DNA of 64,000 nucleotides from Epithemia pelagica (taxonomy: Eukaryota; Protista; Bacillariophyta), in assembly GCA_946965045.2 (NCBI GenBank), contig OX337237.1:248001-312000 (forward strand), read 5' to 3'. Under the pieces are notes generated by a model. It did no database searches. It was not told where the DNA came from and saw only the letters and a list, made by a program, of their open reading frames with translations. Below are positions 47,203-59,604 of this stretch, piece by piece; positions within the stretch are counted from its first letter, which is position 1; every line of letters begins with the position of its first letter. Position numbers and translations under genes: made by a program.

Positions 47203-47703
47203 ATGTTCTTCTCCAAGTCTACCATGACCTACGCCTGTGCCCTTTTGGTGCTCCTTGCCACGGCAGTCCCCTCCATTCGAGCCGATGACCTGGTCCTCAA
47301 TGCGACGCGCCTGTGCGATGGAACGCCAGATGGATTGGTAACGGACTATGTGTTGAGTGTCTATGCCGAAGACGACGATGAAATGACGAACCAATTGGAC
47401 ATTGAGTTTGAAGTACGTACCGAATTTCCGGATGCGCAAGAAGCGGTGGAAAATGACTGGCATGTCACGATTTATTACAACGCTGTCCAACGGTTGAACA
47501 CGACGGAAACTTCCTCCTTGACGGATTTGGAGAATGGTAACTTTACCGAAGCCGAGGTGGAGGTCGAGGTGGAGGACGTGGACTATGAAGCCAATGTGAC
47601 GGCCGTCTTTGTGGCCATGGCCATGAACAAGAATACCTCCGAAACCTGCATGGCCAGCATTACCGATATGGATGGAGTCCTGGCCGCCCTGTTTGAAAAC
47701 TAG
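47203..47703 (+). CDS. Uncharacterised small acidic secreted protein, paralogue C (166 aa)
   Basis: Signal peptide YACALLVLLATAVPSIRA. Shares LCDG..GLVTDYVLSVYAE, NQLDI.FEVRTEFP, NDWHVTIYYN.VQRLNTT and VAMAMNK.T.ETC.ASITD with A and B. Confidence 0.88.
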   Translation: MFFSKSTMTYACALLVLLATAVPSIRADDLVLNATRLCDGTPDGLVTDYVLSVYAEDDDEMTNQLDIEFEVRTEFPDAQEAVENDWHVTIYYNAVQRLNTTETSSLTDLENGNFTEAEVEVEVEDVDYEANVTAVFVAMAMNKNTSETCMASITDMDGVLAALFEN

Positions 47704-48357
47704 ATCTCACCCTTCCAGTCATAAAACACAAACATGAGGAAGAAGATCGTCGCTGGGATAAAAGTCTCATGTGCGGCGAAACCAAAGAACGATAGAACGA
47801 ACCTTAACGATACTCTTAGAAACGATCCATTGAAAGAATGAATTACTACCATAGTGCACTCACATGAACCTTGTCATGGCGGTTGCGACCATTGGACAGT
47901 GTGGGTATCGCAATTTCCTTAGATCCATGTGGTGGTCGACGGGCGTGCTCAAGATATTCAACGACCAAAAGTCCTATAATCCGGATCCCATTCAAGTCTA
48001 TCCAACGGTACTCAAAAACGCCTGGATGAACAAGGCGGACGAGATGATTCTCAACACAACACCGTACGAGGAGAGTGCAAGTCTATTCGGGGATGGACGG
48101 AGAGAATACAACATTATTTCTATTAATCAAATCTATAATGCATGGTATATTCAAAATGTATCACTTGGACAAACATGGCATCGAATGGACCACAAACAGA
48201 TAAACTGGGGATTCCAGGCACGTTCGTGTCTCGCGCCGCGCCAAACATGCAGTACAGAATGAAGTTGTTGTTGGAGAGAAACTCCAATAGGGTGTGTCAG
48301 GGCGCGCAGCAGTCGTCATTTCTTGGTGGCGAGTCTCGTTTGTAGAGACTATTCTTA

Positions 48358-50274
48358 CTAGTACAAGTCGTCGTCGTCGTCCACATCATCCGGATGGTTG
48401 TGGTGCCCCCACTGCAATCCTGGAACCGATTGACGTGCCGCAGCAGCAACATTCACCTCGTGTGGTGCCTCAACGGGACCTTGGGTCATCCAGGGATGCT
48501 CCAAGACTTGGGCCAAGCTAAAGCGTTGACGTGGATCGGGTTGCAACATGTGAAACAACAAATCTTCGGCGGCCGTACTCAAGGAAATGTCCCATTCGTG
48601 CAACAGTTCAATCAGGTATCCCTCGGCCAAGAGTCGGTACCGTTCGTCCGTCAGGACGGGTTGTTCGTAGGGTGGAAAGCCCATGAGCATGGAATAGAGA
48701 ATGACCCCGGCTGCCCACAAATCGACCGCATGTCCATCCATGGCCTCGCGATTGGCCTTGACTTCGGGAGACTGAAACAGCAAACGACGCACAAATGAAC
48801 CAGTGTCAGTATATGCTCATTCACAGGGATTCGTTGTCGTCCTGCCAAAGCAGCGATTCATACTACGTACCATATACCTCCATTTCCCGCACGTGACTTG
48901 AGGAGTCATGAGTCGTCGGAGGGATCCATGCGTGACATCGGTAATCACTTGTTGCTGCTGCTGCTGCGGCTTGCCACTACTGCTGCTGCTATAGGGGACT
49001 CGCAAACACATGCCCAAATCCATAATGTGACATTGCCAATCGTCCGTGACCAAAATATTTTCCAAACTCAAATCCCGATGACAAATGCCATGTTTTTGCA
49101 AGGTATGCAAGCCCTGCATGACTTGTCGAAACAAGTACCGGGCGACCGATTCCGGCATGGTCATGTTGTTGAGGCTGCTCGTGCTGTCGTCGTCGTCATT
49201 TGACGACAACAACAAGTCTTGCTGCGAGGCGACCATGTAATCGTGCACGACATTGTACAAATCTCCGCGAGAACAATAGGGCATGATGGAATAGAGATGG
49301 TGATCGTCTTGCCAGACATCGGAACACGTCAAGACATGAGAGGAGGGCCATGAGGACTGTGTGTTGGAATTGGAGTAGTGGTGTCGTTGTCGTTGTCGTT
49401 GTTGTTGTTCGAATTGTTGTTGCTGCTCGTTCAACATGTACATGGCGGCAATTTCTTTGAGTGGATCTTCGGCATGACGTCCCTGCCATTGACGAATCAT
49501 GTGTCGATTCAACTTTTTAATGGCCACCTGCTCCGACGTAATTTCCCATTCCACAATACTGGCATAATTGTCCGCAGTACCACGTGGCACCAAGATGGTG
49601 TAGACCCAGACGGACCCATAAATGGCCTTTTGCAACTCGCGGCGGGGCCAATAGGCCACCGTTCGACGAGTGCTGGTAGTGGCATAGTTGGAATGCGAAC
49701 GGAGGACGAGGACGCCATGACAGTCTTGTACGTGACCCGTGAGAGGATCACGGGCCTGAATGTGCTGTTCCTGACAGGTGGCAAAGGCGGTGGCGGCAAG
49801 GGCTGGAAAGGGCAAGGGTTCGACGGCTGGACCGGAAGCTTCAAGATCGGAAAAGGTGTAATAGGCGTAACGTCCGACGGGTTCCTTCATGTACGAGCCT
49901 GCCGAAGACCAATGGGTGGCGCGGCGACGACGACGCCCACCCGAATTGTTGGTGGTCGTACGACGACAGGATTCTAGTGGTTCCAAAAACGTCGTTGTCG
50001 ATGTGTTCGTCCTCTGGTTGGTAGCACAACCAACGGTAGGTGCCGTAATGGTGATATTGTTGTAAGCCAACATGATGGAGGAATTTCTGTAGCCAAATTT
50101 GCAAGACTTGAAGGACGGAGGCAATGGGTGGGGCTCACGGCTTGCTGCTTCTCGAACTGCAAGATGCGAACGTGAACGTCGAGACGGAAAAGAGTTTGGA
50201 AACCAAGAGTGTGTCCAAAAAGAGCCAAAGTGTACAGGAGAGCGCGTTGTTGTCGTCGTCGATTCGACTGACAC
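48358..50274 (-). CDS. Ser/Thr protein kinase (CAMK-like), 2 exons (50274-48871, 48771-48358)
   Basis: Motifs VAIKKL, DPLKEIAAM, HRDLSLENILV and DLGMC. CGKWRYM joins SPE across the GTACGT...TTTCAG intron at 48870-48772, followed by AVDLWAAGVILY. The start codon is uncertain. Confidence 0.9.
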
Positions 50275-52706
50275 TTGTTGTTTTTATGAGCACAAGAGAG
50301 GCTTTCCGAAAGAGTCAACACACAGAGAATGAATTGATGTTGTGTTGGTGTTGTCTGAAGACTGAAGATGTGTTTGCCACAACCAAAGATGCGCGCTGCG
50401 TTTTTTTCTGTGCTGTGCGGGTCTGATTTGGTTCCGTGTGTCGTTTGTCGTTTCGCTGGTCGCTATATCGCATCATTGCAGGAATCAACGCCTGCCGGCT
50501 TTACTATATGTTAGTGTTGTAACACTATATGACTTAATTGTATACTTACAGACTGAAACACGCCGGACGACACGACACCCGCAAGGCAGCACAATGCGAT
50601 GAGTGCGTTTTCCCTGCAAGTCACTGCATATCTGGGCTTCTTGTCAGCTTCTCGTTTTCGATGGGAGCTTCTCGTTTCTTGTGTCTCGCATCTCGCAACT
50701 TCAGCTTCCCCTCGTTGACACCACCCAAGTTCTTTGCTGGATTGCTTTGTTCGTCAAACCATCTACTCGTCGTACTCTAGACTAGCTATTGTCTGGATTC
50801 TGGATTGTTGTCCTATTTTTCAAAGAGATATATTTTCTATTCTCCAAACAAACAATAGCTAGATAGCAGCTCTCAAAGAAAGAGGAGTGTGTAACTCTCA
50901 GCTTTGATATACTCCTCTAGCTAGTGCTACGAAAGGCCATACTCCAAATGGGCCCAATCGTCGAGCTGCATGGTCCTAATGGACCTGGAATGGTGGCACA
51001 ATGGACGTCGACGACAATGACTAGTTGCTAGAGAGAATTTTTCCATTTGCACATGTTGTAGAGTGCTTTGAATTGCCAACAATGGCGGCACGATATGGAT
51101 GACAACGATAAGTTGCTAAAGATAATTTTCCCATCGACACACGGAGAGTGCTTTGGGACACAACGGGACGATCCTTGCTCTGTCTTTCCCATCCATCCCC
51201 ACAACCCAGAGACACAACAACGAATTGACACGAGGGTTGTCACTCCCCAACTGCAAGGTCTTCCATCCTAGGAGGTCGCTGTCAACGAGCCGATGGACAC
51301 ACATGATTGCTAATCGTGATTCGTGGTACGCAACATTTTCCAAGGGGCGATTGGAACATGCGAACAGTCCATCACTGTTGGGACAATTATAGGAGCACCT
51401 TTGTAGTTCGTCTCTTCATGGAGGAGTAGAGACACAATACACAATACTCAGACACTTTTACTTTGTACGGAACAGTCAGACAATCCCTCTTCTCCACGAG
51501 GAATACCGATCAGGGAGTGTCATGAAAATAACCTGAGGCGATCCTTGGGTTGATATAGAAACCTAGCTTTTAGTGGAGACACCCAATCGTAGTCTTTAGG
51601 AGAAACCATCAATGAATCAAGTCATTGACACTGAACAGGGACATGAGCAGGATGGTAGAGTAATAATAGAGTGCCATTTGCCTCCTCCTTTCCATAAGAT
51701 TGTTGTTTCAATGTGTAGCGACTAGGAGTATGAACTAGGACGTGGCAGTGGCAGTGGGGAGTGGGGAGTGGGGACTACGAGTAGCTATCCTGCTACCACA
51801 GAAAAAACCAATAAGTTGATTATCGAAGCAACACGCGACCAACCACATTCAAAGCGAACCAATCACTTTTCAGACATCTAACTGATCGGAGTTTTCGTAG
51901 GGAGTCCTAAGTCCAAACACTTCGGTCACAGTTTGTCGACGACGCATTCCTATTGCTCCGGATGCTTTATCTGTTAGGGTCTTTTACAGACATAGCCGTT
52001 GTACAGTCTTCCTTTCGCGACAATTGTGGTTGAGATCCTCCCTACGAGCTACGAGCTGCTGAGTACTCCCCATACCCATTCCCCCAGCCCCCAGCCCAGT
52101 CACAATCACAAAGAGCAAAGCAGTCCTACGGTAGACATTAGACATTAGACATTGTCCACTGACTCTCCTCCTGTTCTCTCTCAACTCTCAACTCTGAAAT
52201 GTATATATCTAAACAATGAAATAAAAATCGTGGGTAAAAGAATCCGCGACGTGTATTGTGTATTCTTTATTCTGTGTAGTGTTTATTGTCAATTGGTCAT
52301 CGAGCAGCAAACAAGAAAGGGACAACATCCAACATCATTGATCATTGTGCGTCCCGTTTCCCGTTATTTCGAATATTGCTTCATGTACTCTACATTACGT
52401 AGCTACTTCTTATGACTCATTACTCAAGTCTCTCACCATTATTATTATTGTTGAGTTCTTACAGAAAGTCCTTCAGAGAAAAAGAATGTGCGTGAAAAGC
52501 TTGGATTCGTCCATATCCCGACCGAAAATCTAGCTCAACAAATCTAAGTATAATATTATAGATAACAAATTCGTCTACTCGTATATCAAAAATGGATTTG
52601 GGCCTTGTCAAAATTGGTTGGTGTGTCGAGGGGATGTTTGGGTAATCTCATCACACAAAATTGAGATCTGCTTCAAGGAGAAACGTGATAACAGAGACAA
52701 CTGGGA

Positions 52707-54896
52707 GTGAAAATCATGAAGTTTGACGACGAACTGGGTCGAGAAAGTGAAAATGAAGTGTCGGTGAGCGAGCCAGAAGATGATGAATACACGGAGGGCG
52801 ATGGAGCTGGGATGGAGGATGACGAAGAAGAGATCAGCAAGAAGAAGACCTCGGTTGAAAGCATGACGCGATGGACAAAGCTGTTTGCCCTCCTCATTCT
52901 CGTCATCGGATGTGTTGCCAGCGCTGGGTTCCTCTATGTTGGTATCAAGGCCGTTCAAGACGACCAAGATGAACAGTTCATCCGCAATGCGGCCGATCTT
53001 TCCCAGAGGATTGAGTCCGCTTGGAACGATTACGAAGTGGCCGGTTTGTGGATTCACGAAGCCTGTCGTTCACGCTCGTTCTCTCGTGCCGACTTTCTAG
53101 TCCTCTACGAGTATCTCATTTCTGGAGGACTCGACTTCCAGGCCGCCGAGTTTATCCCGAATGTTACTCATGAAGAGCGAGAAGCCAGTGAAGCTGAGTC
53201 GAAGGCATATTTTCAGGAACAATATCCGGACATTGTGAACTATGTTGGTTATCGTGGGTTGTAGCCGTCGCCCGAGAATCCTGAAGAATTCGTGCTCAGG
53301 AATCGTACGGAACAGCCTTTTTATTTCCCCGTTCACTATGTCGAACCCGTTGAACCAAATGTTGCTGCGATTGACTTTGACTTGTGGAGTTCGTCCAGTC
53401 GCCGGGCATCTATTCAGCAAGCGCTGGAGACATGGAAGGCAACTCTGACCGCCAGGCTCCGACTTGTTCAGGAAACTGACGAGAGTGCGTATAGTGTTCT
53501 CCTCATGCACCCTGGAGCACCAGTCCAATCGAGACCTGACATCCGGCCACGAGATGTGTCCCTCATGGTTATTCGCATTCCCTCGTTGCTTGAGAGAGCC
53601 GCCCGTGACCTCAATGGCAAGAAATCAGTGTACCTTTACGATTCCACCAATAAAGAATCTTCTGACGGCGACGAACGATATGTTTTCCTGGGAGCCGCAA
53701 CAATAGATGGGGACTCAAACAGATACCAAGTAAATTTCCTCGAAGAAAAAGATCTTGGTGCTTTGAAAAACGCAAACTCTGAACGTAACGATCGTATCTT
53801 CCAGAAAGACCTTGAAGTTGCCTCTCGGCGTTGGACAGTTGTCGTCGTTGAGGTGGAGGAAGACTCTCGATCCGATCTCATCTTTGTCATCATGGGAGGT
53901 GTTGTCATTTTCCTGGCCGCCGCGTTTCTATCCGCTTGGATGTTTCAGCATGCTCGCCGGGCTGGTGAGCTATACAAGATTGCTGCGGAGGCAGATGCTG
54001 GTAATTTGATGATTGTTCGCGAACTGTTCCCGTCCAATGTTCGTGACCGCTTGGTGGCCGATGCAGCCGCTGCCAAAGAACGACGCAAAAAGGAAAATGA
54101 ACTGAGCAAGAAGAAAGGAGGTGAAACCAAATTCTTGATGAATAAACGCCAGTCGGAAACTCTTGACAGCTCAATGAGTTCCAATGAAAACGTGTTTGGG
54201 TCAACTCCGATTGCAGACCTTTTCCCGAATGTGACCAATGTAAGTCGTACCCATTCCGTGATGCTATTGCTGGAGCAAGAAAAATGCTAACGTTCTTGGT
54301 GTTTCATGATTTTTCTTGTTATTTGACACGTGAAGATGTTTGCCGATCTTGTTGGATTTACTGCCTGGAGTTCGGTTCGAGAACCAGCCCAAGTCTTTAC
54401 TCTGTTGGAAACGGTGTATCATGGATTTGATGAACTGGCCAAGAGACGCCGAATCCTCAAGGTGGAAACCATTGGTGATTGCTATGTGGCAGCGGCCGGA
54501 GTTCCGGAAGCGCGTCAGGATCACGCCGTCGTCATGGCTCGGTTTGCCGCCGAATGCGTTCGCGATATGCAGGGCCGCGCACAGCAATTGGAAACCAGCT
54601 TGGGACCGGATACCGGCGATTTGCCAATTCGTAGTGGCTTGCACAGTGGAGAAGTAACGGCTGGTGTCCTCCGGGGTCTCAAGGGTCGGTTCCAATTGTT
54701 TGGTGATTCCATGAACACGACGAGTAGTCGAATGGAAAGCACGGGTCTCCCCAATCGAATTCAAGTATCTCAGGAAACCGCCGCCTTGTTGAGCCACGCT
54801 GGCAAAGGCCATTGGTTGTTGCCTCGTACGGATAAAGTCGTGGCCAAGGGCAAGAACAAGCACCGCGGTCTCCTCCCACGCAGAGTAACAGCATGA
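52707..54896 (+). pseudogene. CHASE-domain receptor adenylate/guanylate cyclase, apparently inactivated
   Basis: TM, CHASE-like region (FYFPVHYVEP, IDFDLWS), TM, then the cyclase motifs MFADLVGFT, KVETIGDCY and RFQLFGD. In-frame TAG at 53262-53264 and an intron at ~54240-54335. An extra codon gives NTTSSR for canonical NTASR, and homology ends after VAKGK. Confidence 0.82.
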
Positions 54897-55947
54897 CAGG
54901 GGATTCCTAAACAAAGGTAAGCAGGCACACAAGCCAACACTTGAAGAAGAACGTGAGAGACAAGGGGACATTCACAGAAAAAACGAGACCGAACATGAGA
55001 ATGAGATGCATATTATATAGTTACCGACACACTGCCAGGGGGGACGCTAGGCAGTGCCACCATTCGACCAACGTAACCTACAAACTAGTACATGTTGATG
55101 TGTAAGAACACCAAGGCATGCCAAAAAACACCGCCACCAAGCTTTTCCGAGGTAGTAGGAAGTGTACTCACCGTGATCCTAAAACAATAAGTGCAAGCGC
55201 ATGGTTGTGGCAATCGCCGCGGCACGCGCTCTCGGTCCATTCCATACTTTCATTCGCCTGTTTTTTTTGGTCCTCCCGAGGCATTGGCACTCTCTCTGCT
55301 TCTCCTCCTCTGTCTCCCAAACAAACCAAGAAACAAACGAACCAGCACACTCACCGCAACAGGACCGTCCGTGGAGAGAGACATGGTGGATTGGTGTGTG
55401 TGTGTGTGTGAAACGGCGATTCCCAGTCTCTGGCAAGGACTCGTCGGATCCATTGGATGAATTTTGGTTCTGGAAGAATCCTCTGGAAGAAGAAGGGATT
55501 GCGTTCATCGTGTCATGTACGTACTCACACCATGGTGGATGGTGGTCGGCGATTCCAACTTGGCACACCCAAAAAATGACCACCAACACAAAAATGTGAG
55601 GCTCGCCAAGAGCGTAGCATCGACCGGCGCGACAGTGTCTGAATTGTTTGATCCACGATCAAATCACTTATTGGTTTTTCGCGCGAGTCGACCAAGCCTA
55701 CTTTATACATAGACGTCCGCAGTCATTGGCGCAGGCAAGGATCCACGTGCATCTCCACGACGCACGTCTCGACCGGCAGAAGATGGAGTCGATTGTGTCA
55801 TTGTCACACAACAATCTCTCTCGCCGGATTTCTCTCGTCGTCGTTGTCGACACGCGGCGAACCACCGACAAAACAAACATTGATTGTCTTGCAACGAAGA
55901 CAAGTGTGTGGTGATTTGCTATTGTTGGAATCTCTCCTCCTCCTCTT

Positions 55948-57678
55948 GTGGAAGAAGGTACAAATTGGAATACCACACAAGTAGCCGCAACCATGGCATC
56001 GACCACCACTACTCCACCAGCAACCACAACGACCAGCACCACGGTTCCATCATCACCACCCCCACTGCTTCGCACGTGGTGGGATCGTCAAGTCTTGGAT
56101 CGGTTGCAAACCATGCAAGTCCCGTACGTGGTCGAATGGATCTTGGCCTGGTGCACCGTGTTGAGTTTTGCCTGGAAATATCTCCAAGATGCCACGTATC
56201 AATTCTTGGCCATGCGCAATCTCCGTCAATTTCCCCGGCGCTGGTGTCGCATTGTCCCCCTCGTCACCTTGCCCCAAACCCGAGACCGCCTCGCCCCGCA
56301 ACCCGCCCTCGTCCAATTGGTGGAGTATTTGAAAGACGAATGTGCCAAGCAACAAGAGAAGAAGGACGACAACGAGAATGTCTTGGAATGGTCCGATGCC
56401 TTTGTCACGTCCGTCTTGCGTCAAAGTTACCAGGCTCGATTCTTGGCCTCGTCGGCCATGATTCCCCATTTTGATAGCACTGTCAATCATCAGTACAAAA
56501 ATATTGCCATTCAACCGCACGAATCCACCTTGTTGCGACAATTGCAACGCTTGTGGCCCGACTTGCTGCAAGACATTTACCCCAAGGACGACAATGACGA
56601 CTCAACGAACACCAACAAACCCTATGATATTACTCTCATTGTCCCCGCCTATTGCGAAAATCCCATTGGATTATTGATTACCTTGACGACGGCGTGGAAA
56701 AATACCGCCTACCAAGTCGAACAACAAAAAAAGATTCCCTTGGATCCCACCAAGACGCATCCCGTCTTGCTCTTGGCCCGCGAAGGAGCGGCCAATACCA
56801 AGATTAATCAAAAGGCACCCAAACAACCACTCAAGATTCAAGTCCTCATTGTCAATGCCGGAGGCTGTGGCGAACTCGAAGAAACGCTCAAGGGACACTA
56901 CTGTCGTAGCACGACGACAACGACTGCCACCAAGACGACCAAGGAATACGATTCGGACGAAAAAAAGGAACCCGAAGAAGCGCAACCGTCGAAGAACAAG
57001 TGGGCCGATTTTCAAATCTTGTCGTATCGGGATGGGGGTGGCCGTGGCGGATGCCTCAATTTTGGCGCACAACACGCGACGGGTCGCATCTTGACGTTTT
57101 TGCATTCCGATACCTTGTTGCCCCGCAATTGGGATGAATTGGTCGTGCAAGGATTGGAACCCAAGGCCACCACCAAGCAGAATGACTCTGTCGTGATGCG
57201 CCCCCACTTGTGTGCCTTTGGCATGGGCATTGACGACACGCCGCAACGCGGATTAAAAGGCGGTCGGTATCCCCCCGGCTTGGCCGGTGCCGCCTGGCAA
57301 GGCCGGATTCGCAGTTCGTGGTGTCGTTTGCCCTATGGCGATTCCGTCCTGAGTGTCACGGCCACGGCCTTTTCGTACGTTGGGGGATATCCTCCGAATC
57401 AACCCTTGTTGGAAGATTACGAATTGGTCCAATTGTTTCGGCAACGCGCCGGCTTGTTTCCGCAAACCGAACAAGTCGTGATTTTGCCCGCCAATATTGC
57501 CTGCAGTCCCCGTCGATGGCAAGCGACCAATGTCCCGTATGTGGCCTTGGCCAATTGGACCTTTTTGGATCGCTATCAACATCATGGCGTCACGGCCGAA
57601 GACTTGTATCACGCCTACTATGGCAAACCGGTCGAGTCGAGCGGTACTGTTGTGACGACGGAAAAGAAGGACTTGTAG
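55948..57678 (+). CDS. Glycosyltransferase family 2 (TIGR04283-like)
   Basis: Motifs LIVPAYCE, GRGGCLNFGAQHATGRILTFLHSDTLLP, LPYGD and PLLEDYELV, with low-complexity insertions. Confidence 0.82.
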   Translation: MEEGTNWNTTQVAATMASTTTTPPATTTTSTTVPSSPPPLLRTWWDRQVLDRLQTMQVPYVVEWILAWCTVLSFAWKYLQDATYQFLAMRNLRQFPRRWCRIVPLVTLPQTRDRLAPQPALVQLVEYLKDECAKQQEKKDDNENVLEWSDAFVTSVLRQSYQARFLASSAMIPHFDSTVNHQYKNIAIQPHESTLLRQLQRLWPDLLQDIYPKDDNDDSTNTNKPYDITLIVPAYCENPIGLLITLTTAWKNTAYQVEQQKKIPLDPTKTHPVLLLAREGAANTKINQKAPKQPLKIQVLIVNAGGCGELEETLKGHYCRSTTTTTATKTTKEYDSDEKKEPEEAQPSKNKWADFQILSYRDGGGRGGCLNFGAQHATGRILTFLHSDTLLPRNWDELVVQGLEPKATTKQNDSVVMRPHLCAFGMGIDDTPQRGLKGGRYPPGLAGAAWQGRIRSSWCRLPYGDSVLSVTATAFSYVGGYPPNQPLLEDYELVQLFRQRAGLFPQTEQVVILPANIACSPRRWQATNVPYVALANWTFLDRYQHHGVTAEDLYHAYYGKPVESSGTVVTTEKKDL

Positions 57679-58635
57679 TAAGCAAGTATGGTAGGGACCC
57701 AAAGAAGAAGCACAAATGCACACCCATCCATACGCAAACCCACCCAAAGGGACTCATTCACAGTTTGACACACACGGCAGCAGAAGCTCATCATCATTAC
57801 ACCAGAACAAGGACATGACACTCACACTAGACACATTCTACTTAGACAAGATATTTCACTAGTGTGTAAAAAAATACTGTCTCGCTCGTTAGTAGTCAAG
57901 ATTGGCGCCAAAGCTCAGACAGTTTCAGTTGGGTGTCGACACCACAGGACGTGTGGCTGGCTGCCAAGGCCTCTCTCGTCGGTACACCATGGGTAGGGAC
58001 ACGCGGACCCTCACACATTCGTGTGCTGCTGCTGCTGCGGATCTCGTTAGGGTCTCGTTTCAGAGAAACTACCGGCGTAGAAGGAACACACAATAGTAGT
58101 ATGCGGCCCCTCCTCTCGCCAACAGACTGTCTCCTCCAAGAGAGGCCGCCCTGCCTCCATACTTGAGTGTGCACCGCTCTATCTCGTGCCGTGCGTCTCT
58201 CTCTACTACAACTACTAGTACAGGTAGGTCGTAGTAGTAGTACACAGTAGTGTCCACTCATCTACCGAGGTAGAATCGATACCACACCAAGAGGGCGTGA
58301 GTTGTGGCAATCCAAGGGTTCCGCCAAATGGCACAAACTGGCGAGCATGCATCCCCAGTCGTTTTCTTGTTTGTCTCGGATCAAACGACCACTCTATTGT
58401 TATGCAAACTAACGAGTGCCCAAGTCACATGTATAGAAAAAGTTTTAAATAGAGTCTGTCATGAAAATCCATATCTACTGGTGCAGCGTTTCAATCTTTT
58501 TTGTTTCGTTCCAAGGTATCGGCTGCGGTCCACCATCTTGATCCTCCTCTCTCCAAAGCATATTATACGAATTCGTTTCGGTTTTCCACAAAAGAGAGGG
58601 GTCACGGGCGGTGGTTGCGCGCAGCAAACAAAGGG

Positions 58636-59604
58636 TTACCAGGATCCGACGGCAAGAGTAGCCAAGAGGGTGGCAACGGCCGCCCACACACCAGCGGCCG
58701 CAAAGAAAGTAACAGCCCCAGTGTTGGCCGCCAAGGCTGCGATGGAGGTGGTACAGGCAAAGGTTTGGCTCGCAAGTGGATCAAAGGTGTTCAGGGTACT
58801 CGCTTGGTTGGAGAAGTAACCATACGTATCCACCAGTTCCGATGCGCAAAATTCATCCTCCGAGTCCACGGCTGTACAGACCACGGAAATATCTGGCCTG
58901 GTTTGCGGATCAAAATCCATTTCAAAGTCCTCTTTGATTTCCATCATATTCGTCTTGCTCTCGGATTCCGCCTCGACTTCTTCCTCGTACACAATTTGAC
59001 CATTTTGCATCCCAACACAATTAAACTTTCGTTCTGCCATCAAGACACGGCCGGCGTTATCCGTGGGAGCATTGTACCGAAGTTCATATTCCAACTCCAT
59101 AATGTCCCGTGCGACCGCTTCTTCGTCATCTGCGTCGTCAGCCGACGATGACGACGAAGAATCCGCAACTGTGTCGGCAGGGTCGTTATTGGTCGAAGCT
59201 TCGTCAACAGTGTCGGCAGGCTCGTTATTGGTCGAAGCTTCGTCGACAGTTTGGTCGACCGGTCCTTGTTCGTTGGTCGTCGACTGGGCCTCGACTCCGG
59301 CAATGGGAGTGGTTTCAATGGCGGCAACGGCAATGGCCGGCTCTTGTCCTTGCGAGTCTTCTTGTTGTCCTGGCGAGTCTTGTTGTGGGATTTGCTCCTG
59401 TGGTTCCTCGTCGTCCTTTTTGGGCTTCTTCTCCTTTTTGGCCTTTTTATACGTGGTTTCGAGCCTCACCTCCATGGAGATTTGGCCACCGTCAAAGGCC
59501 GCACAGGGACGGTTGAACATAATGTAGGACTGGACAGTCGCATAATCACCGAGAAGAAGGAGGGCCGACACAAGGACAAACGAGCTGGTAGTGGAAGAGA
59601 ACAT
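58636..59604 (-). CDS. Acidic secreted, probably GPI-anchored surface protein of unknown family
   Basis: ATG at 59604 and signal peptide SFVLVSALLLLG..VQS. A 13-aa repeat VDEASTNN(E/D)PADT and a hydrophobic C-terminus with no cytosolic tail. Confidence 0.75.
   Translation of the reverse strand: MFSSTTSSFVLVSALLLLGDYATVQSYIMFNRPCAAFDGGQISMEVRLETTYKKAKKEKKPKKDDEEPQEQIPQQDSPGQQEDSQGQEPAIAVAAIETTPIAGVEAQSTTNEQGPVDQTVDEASTNNEPADTVDEASTNNDPADTVADSSSSSSADDADDEEAVARDIMELEYELRYNAPTDNAGRVLMAERKFNCVGMQNGQIVYEEEVEAESESKTNMMEIKEDFEMDFDPQTRPDISVVCTAVDSEDEFCASELVDTYGYFSNQASTLNTFDPLASQTFACTTSIAALAANTGAVTFFAAAGVWAAVATLLATLAVGSW

Noticed and set aside
47864-48262. 132-aa ORF downstream of paralogue C
   Set aside because: No motif recognised and it may be a relic; not supportable as a gene.
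50900-51420. Possible retroelement or gene relic
   Set aside because: Protein-like words occur in several frames, but there is no identifiable motif.
16357-53264. Alternative nuclear genetic code (stop reassignment)
   Set aside because: Trp is encoded by TGG in the intact genes, TGA, TAG and TAA all act as real terminators, and the affected loci mostly carry other lesions.
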